A stretch of DNA of 32,000 nt from Candidatus Saccharimonadota bacterium (GTDB lineage: Bacteria; Pseudomonadota; Alphaproteobacteria; Rickettsiales; Anaplasmataceae): contig CP085695.1 of the NCBI GenBank assembly GCA_029715105.1, forward strand, positions 690,001 through 722,000. The letters run 5' to 3'. Shown here piece by piece: positions 29,351 through 32,000 of the stretch; the first letter of the stretch is position 1; the number at the start of each line of letters is the position of its first letter. A program made the position numbers and the translations under genes. The notes beneath the pieces are model-generated. The model worked only from the letters and a program-made list of their open reading frames with translations, had not been told where the DNA came from and did no database searches.

Positions 29351-30056
29351 TAATTATTTTGCTGAAAAAAAATTACGTGAAATAGTACTTGATACTGAGA
29401 CTACTGGTCTAGATATTAAATTTGGACACCGAATTATTGAAATAGGATGTGTTGAATTAATCAATCGTATTCCAACTGGCAAGGTATTTCACCGATATAT
29501 CAATCCGAAAAGGGATATACCTTATCACTCATTTAAAATCCATGGTATTAGCAAAGAATTCCTAAAAGACAAACCATTATTTTCGGATATAGCACTAGAA
29601 TTTCTTAATTTTATATCTAATGACATTTTAATAATTCATAATGCTGAATTTGATATTAAATTTTTAAATATGGAATTAAATAAATTAAATGCTAAATTAA
29701 TCTCTCAAGAAAGAGTCCTAGATACATTATTACTTGCAAGAAAAAAATTCACAGGATCACCAGCATCTTTAAGTGCATTATGCAAACGTTTTAACATATC
29801 ACTAGAGAATAGAGAACTACACGGAGCACTAGTCGATGCTCAATTACTTGCAAAAGTATACGTTGAGCTTACTGGAGGATTGCAAATTTTTTTATTTAAT
29901 AATAAACAACATAAACAAAATAATGTCTCTACAGACATCCACCATTATAGATATAATAACATAACTCATAGAAAATACTCACCAAGCGATGAAGAAATCA
30001 ATGAACATAAAAAACTATTAAATAAAATTCATAATCCGCTTTGGAAAAAATTATAA
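29340..30056 (+). CDS. dnaQ: DNA polymerase III epsilon subunit (3'-5' exonuclease)
   Basis: Exo I VLDTETTGL. Exo II IIHNAEFDIKFL. Exo III HGALVDAQLLAKVY. Confidence 0.93.
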   Translation: MNINNYFAEKKLREIVLDTETTGLDIKFGHRIIEIGCVELINRIPTGKVFHRYINPKRDIPYHSFKIHGISKEFLKDKPLFSDIALEFLNFISNDILIIHNAEFDIKFLNMELNKLNAKLISQERVLDTLLLARKKFTGSPASLSALCKRFNISLENRELHGALVDAQLLAKVYVELTGGLQIFLFNNKQHKQNNVSTDIHHYRYNNITHRKYSPSDEEINEHKKLLNKIHNPLWKKL

Positions 30057-30091
30057 AATAAATATATAAAAACAATAAATATAAATAAGTG

Positions 30092-30715
30092 ATGTTAAGT
30101 TCTATAAAATTACTATCTAGTATAGCAATAATGCTATCATCTATTTTTCTAAGTTACTGTTTTTTTACTAAAAAGGGAATTTTTGCTCCTAATCCTATTG
30201 TTGTTAGAAATTTAGAAATAAAAATAGGAGGAAATTTTTCTCTAATTAATCAAGATGGGCAAATTATACATAGTAATAACTTTAAAGATAAATATATGAT
30301 AATTTTCTTCGGATTCTCTTCTTGTAAAAAAATTTGTCCTATGAATCTTGGAATAATTTCAGAATTGCTTTCAAAACTAGACGAAAAAACTAATAATAAA
30401 TTACAAGCATTTTTTATAACAGTTGATCCTGAACGTGATAATGTAAAGAAACTCAAAGAGTTTCATCAACAATTTGATCACAGAATACAAATGTTAACAG
30501 GTGAAAAAGAAAAAATAAGTCAAGTAATTGCAGATTATAAAGTATATTCCAGCAAAATCGTTGAAGAAGATGAAATTAATCACTCTTCAATAATATACCT
30601 CATTGGACCTAAGGGAAAATATATCACGCATTTTATAGCTGATCTAAATTCAGACGAAAGTCAATCAGACAAGATTAAAAATGAAATAAAAAAATATATA
30701 AACGAAAAATCATAA
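30092..30715 (+). CDS. SCO1/SenC family copper chaperone (cytochrome oxidase assembly)
   Basis: N-terminal TM. Thioredoxin-like fold with FGFSSCKKICP (CxxxC) and the conserved His in NHSSIIYLIGPKG. ATG at 30092 (GTG at 30089 is also in frame). Confidence 0.88.
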   Translation: MLSSIKLLSSIAIMLSSIFLSYCFFTKKGIFAPNPIVVRNLEIKIGGNFSLINQDGQIIHSNNFKDKYMIIFFGFSSCKKICPMNLGIISELLSKLDEKTNNKLQAFFITVDPERDNVKKLKEFHQQFDHRIQMLTGEKEKISQVIADYKVYSSKIVEEDEINHSSIIYLIGPKGKYITHFIADLNSDESQSDKIKNEIKKYINEKS

Positions 30716-30930
30716 ACTCGTTACAGTTTTCCATACTAAAAATTACCACTTTGATAAGTTTTACACATTCTGTGTTCAAATAATTCAGAAATCAATTCAC
30801 ATAAGAAATCTACTTTTAAATAAAATAAAAAATACAACTACTACTAAATAGTAATATTTTTAGTTTCATTCATTTTTTTATTTAAAATAAACTTTATTAA
30901 AAATTGTTTTACACATATACATTAATCCAT

Positions 30931-30961
30931 ATTTTATTTCCTTTTGAAAAGGAAATAAAAT
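30931..30961. repeat. 31-nt perfect palindrome / hairpin, possible bidirectional terminator
   Basis: ATTTTATTTCCTTTT-g-AAAAGGAAATAAAAT, 15 of 15 symmetric pairs checked base by base. It lies in the convergent SCO1 / mraY spacer. Confidence 0.8.
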
Positions 30962-31277
30962 TACAAACCCTTAGTGTACAAAATTTCTATATTGTGACAA
31001 CATTTTATTCGATAGTAAATAAATCACTGAATCTCAAAATATACATCACACCACTTTTTATATATTTTATAATTAATTATTTTAATAAATCCGATTTTCT
31101 AATACTAGAAATAGCCCAATTCCATAATCAACTATCCACCAGAATCTACATTTATAAACATAAAAAATACAAAATACCTACTGTCCTACCACTAACTTTT
31201 AAAAATTTAAATACTTTTCTTCATCTAAAATTTTTGATAATTTTATCTAATAAAATTAAATAAACACCAATAAATCT

Positions 31278-32000
31278 TCATAATAAAAAAGCTATAGTAA
31301 ATACCGAACAAATAATAGAAATTAGTAAAAATCTCACAACTATTTTAATTTCAGACCACCCACTTTTTTCAAAATGATGATGTATTGGAGTCATAAGAAA
31401 AATCCTTATCCCATTTCCATATTTAAGCCTTGTATATCTAAAATATAATACCTGAATAATCACAGATAAAGTTTCTATTACAAAAATTATCCCAATAATT
31501 GCAAAAAGCATTTCTCTTTTAATAAAAACGCTAACTAGTCCTAAAGCCGCGCCAATTGATAAACTTCCAACATCACCCATAAAAACTCTCGCAGGATATA
31601 TATTAAACCATAGAAAACTTAAAAGTGCTCCCACAAGCGCAATACAGAACAGAACGATATCCATATCATTCACTCCTTGAGTAAGGTGTGCAATTAGTCC
31701 TAAAAAAATAAAAGAATTAATAACTTGAGTTGCTGCAAGACCATCTAAACCATCTGTAATATTTACAGCATTAGAAGAACTAACAATTACAAGCACAATA
31801 AATGGAATATATAAATGACCAAAATAAATTACTATTTCTTTAATAAAAAACGTCTCTTCTGTAATCCTTTTGGGAAAATACAACTTAAACATTAATATAC
31901 CGATTAATGTAATAATAACTTGAGCAAGTATTTTAATTTTTACTCTTAAACCCAAGTAGCTATTTGCCTTTAATTTTAAAAAATCATCAATAAACCCAAT
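31278..32000 (-). CDS. mraY: phospho-N-acetylmuramoyl-pentapeptide transferase, C-terminal about 240 codons (N-terminus beyond the window)
   Basis: The frame stays open to base 32000 (IGFIDDFLKLKANSYLGLRVK...). MraY motifs NAVNITDGLDGLA, FMGDVGSL, PIHHHFE. Confidence 0.93.
   Translation of the reverse strand: MGFIDDFLKLKANSYLGLRVKIKILAQVIITLIGILMFKLYFPKRITEETFFIKEIVIYFGHLYIPFIVLVIVSSSNAVNITDGLDGLAATQVINSFIFLGLIAHLTQGVNDMDIVLFCIALVGALLSFLWFNIYPARVFMGDVGSLSIGAALGLVSVFIKREMLFAIIGIIFVIETLSVIIQVLYFRYTRLKYGNGIRIFLMTPIHHHFEKSGWSEIKIVVRFLLISIICSVFTIAFLL

Noticed and set aside
30904-31263. 119-aa + strand ORF in the SCO1 / mraY spacer
   Set aside because: It has a TTG start and a translation dominated by I/L/F/Y/N/K. 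It shows the same spacer-like composition (C much greater than G) and contains the 31-nt perfect palindrome. It matches no recognisable family and is most likely non-coding.
1-32000. Mobile elements, prophage, defence islands, CRISPR, toxin-antitoxin pairs, secondary-metabolite genes
   Set aside because: No integrase, transposase, recombinase, reverse transcriptase, nuclease-helicase defence signatures, terminal inverted repeats flanking genes, or repeat-spacer arrays were seen on either strand. The single tRNA has no adjacent integrase or direct-repeat att-like duplication that I could find.

Overview
AT-rich window (about 27-29% GC by eye) from a reduced-genome alphaproteobacterium of the order Rickettsiales. 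The gene content fits Anaplasmataceae (Ehrlichia/Neoehrlichia-like): de novo pyrimidine gene pyrD, prs, an Msp2/OMP-1-type beta-barrel, an isolated divergent VirB4, PDH E2, SucCD, and SecB next to a Tim44-like gene. No database search was possible, so the taxon is an inference. I support 28 CDS (two cut by the window edges) and one tRNA-Leu(CAA). One CDS is rpsU (59 codons, TTG start), which the ORF track missed. All genes are housekeeping. I see no transposase, integrase, phage, CRISPR, toxin-antitoxin or recognisable defence genes, so I cannot honestly claim a novel protein-encoded system. The unusual part is the non-coding DNA. (1) About 27% of the window has no assignable gene: ten spacers of 452-1460 bp sit beside five gene pairs that overlap by 1-13 nt. 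(2) Every spacer I tallied has roughly 3:1 C over G on the + strand, whatever the flanking gene orientation. (3) A C10 homopolymer lies 151 nt upstream of plsC in a promoter-like context. (4) Two long perfect palindromes (24 bp and 31 nt) are statistically unexpected in this composition. (5) The palindrome TCCTATAGGA recurs. At protein level, the VirB4 paralog has Arg in place of the Walker A lysine. A signal-peptide-bearing LD-carboxypeptidase sits with dapF and mraY in a lineage where peptidoglycan status varies. All motif calls come from reading the sequence. The statistics are rough hand estimates.
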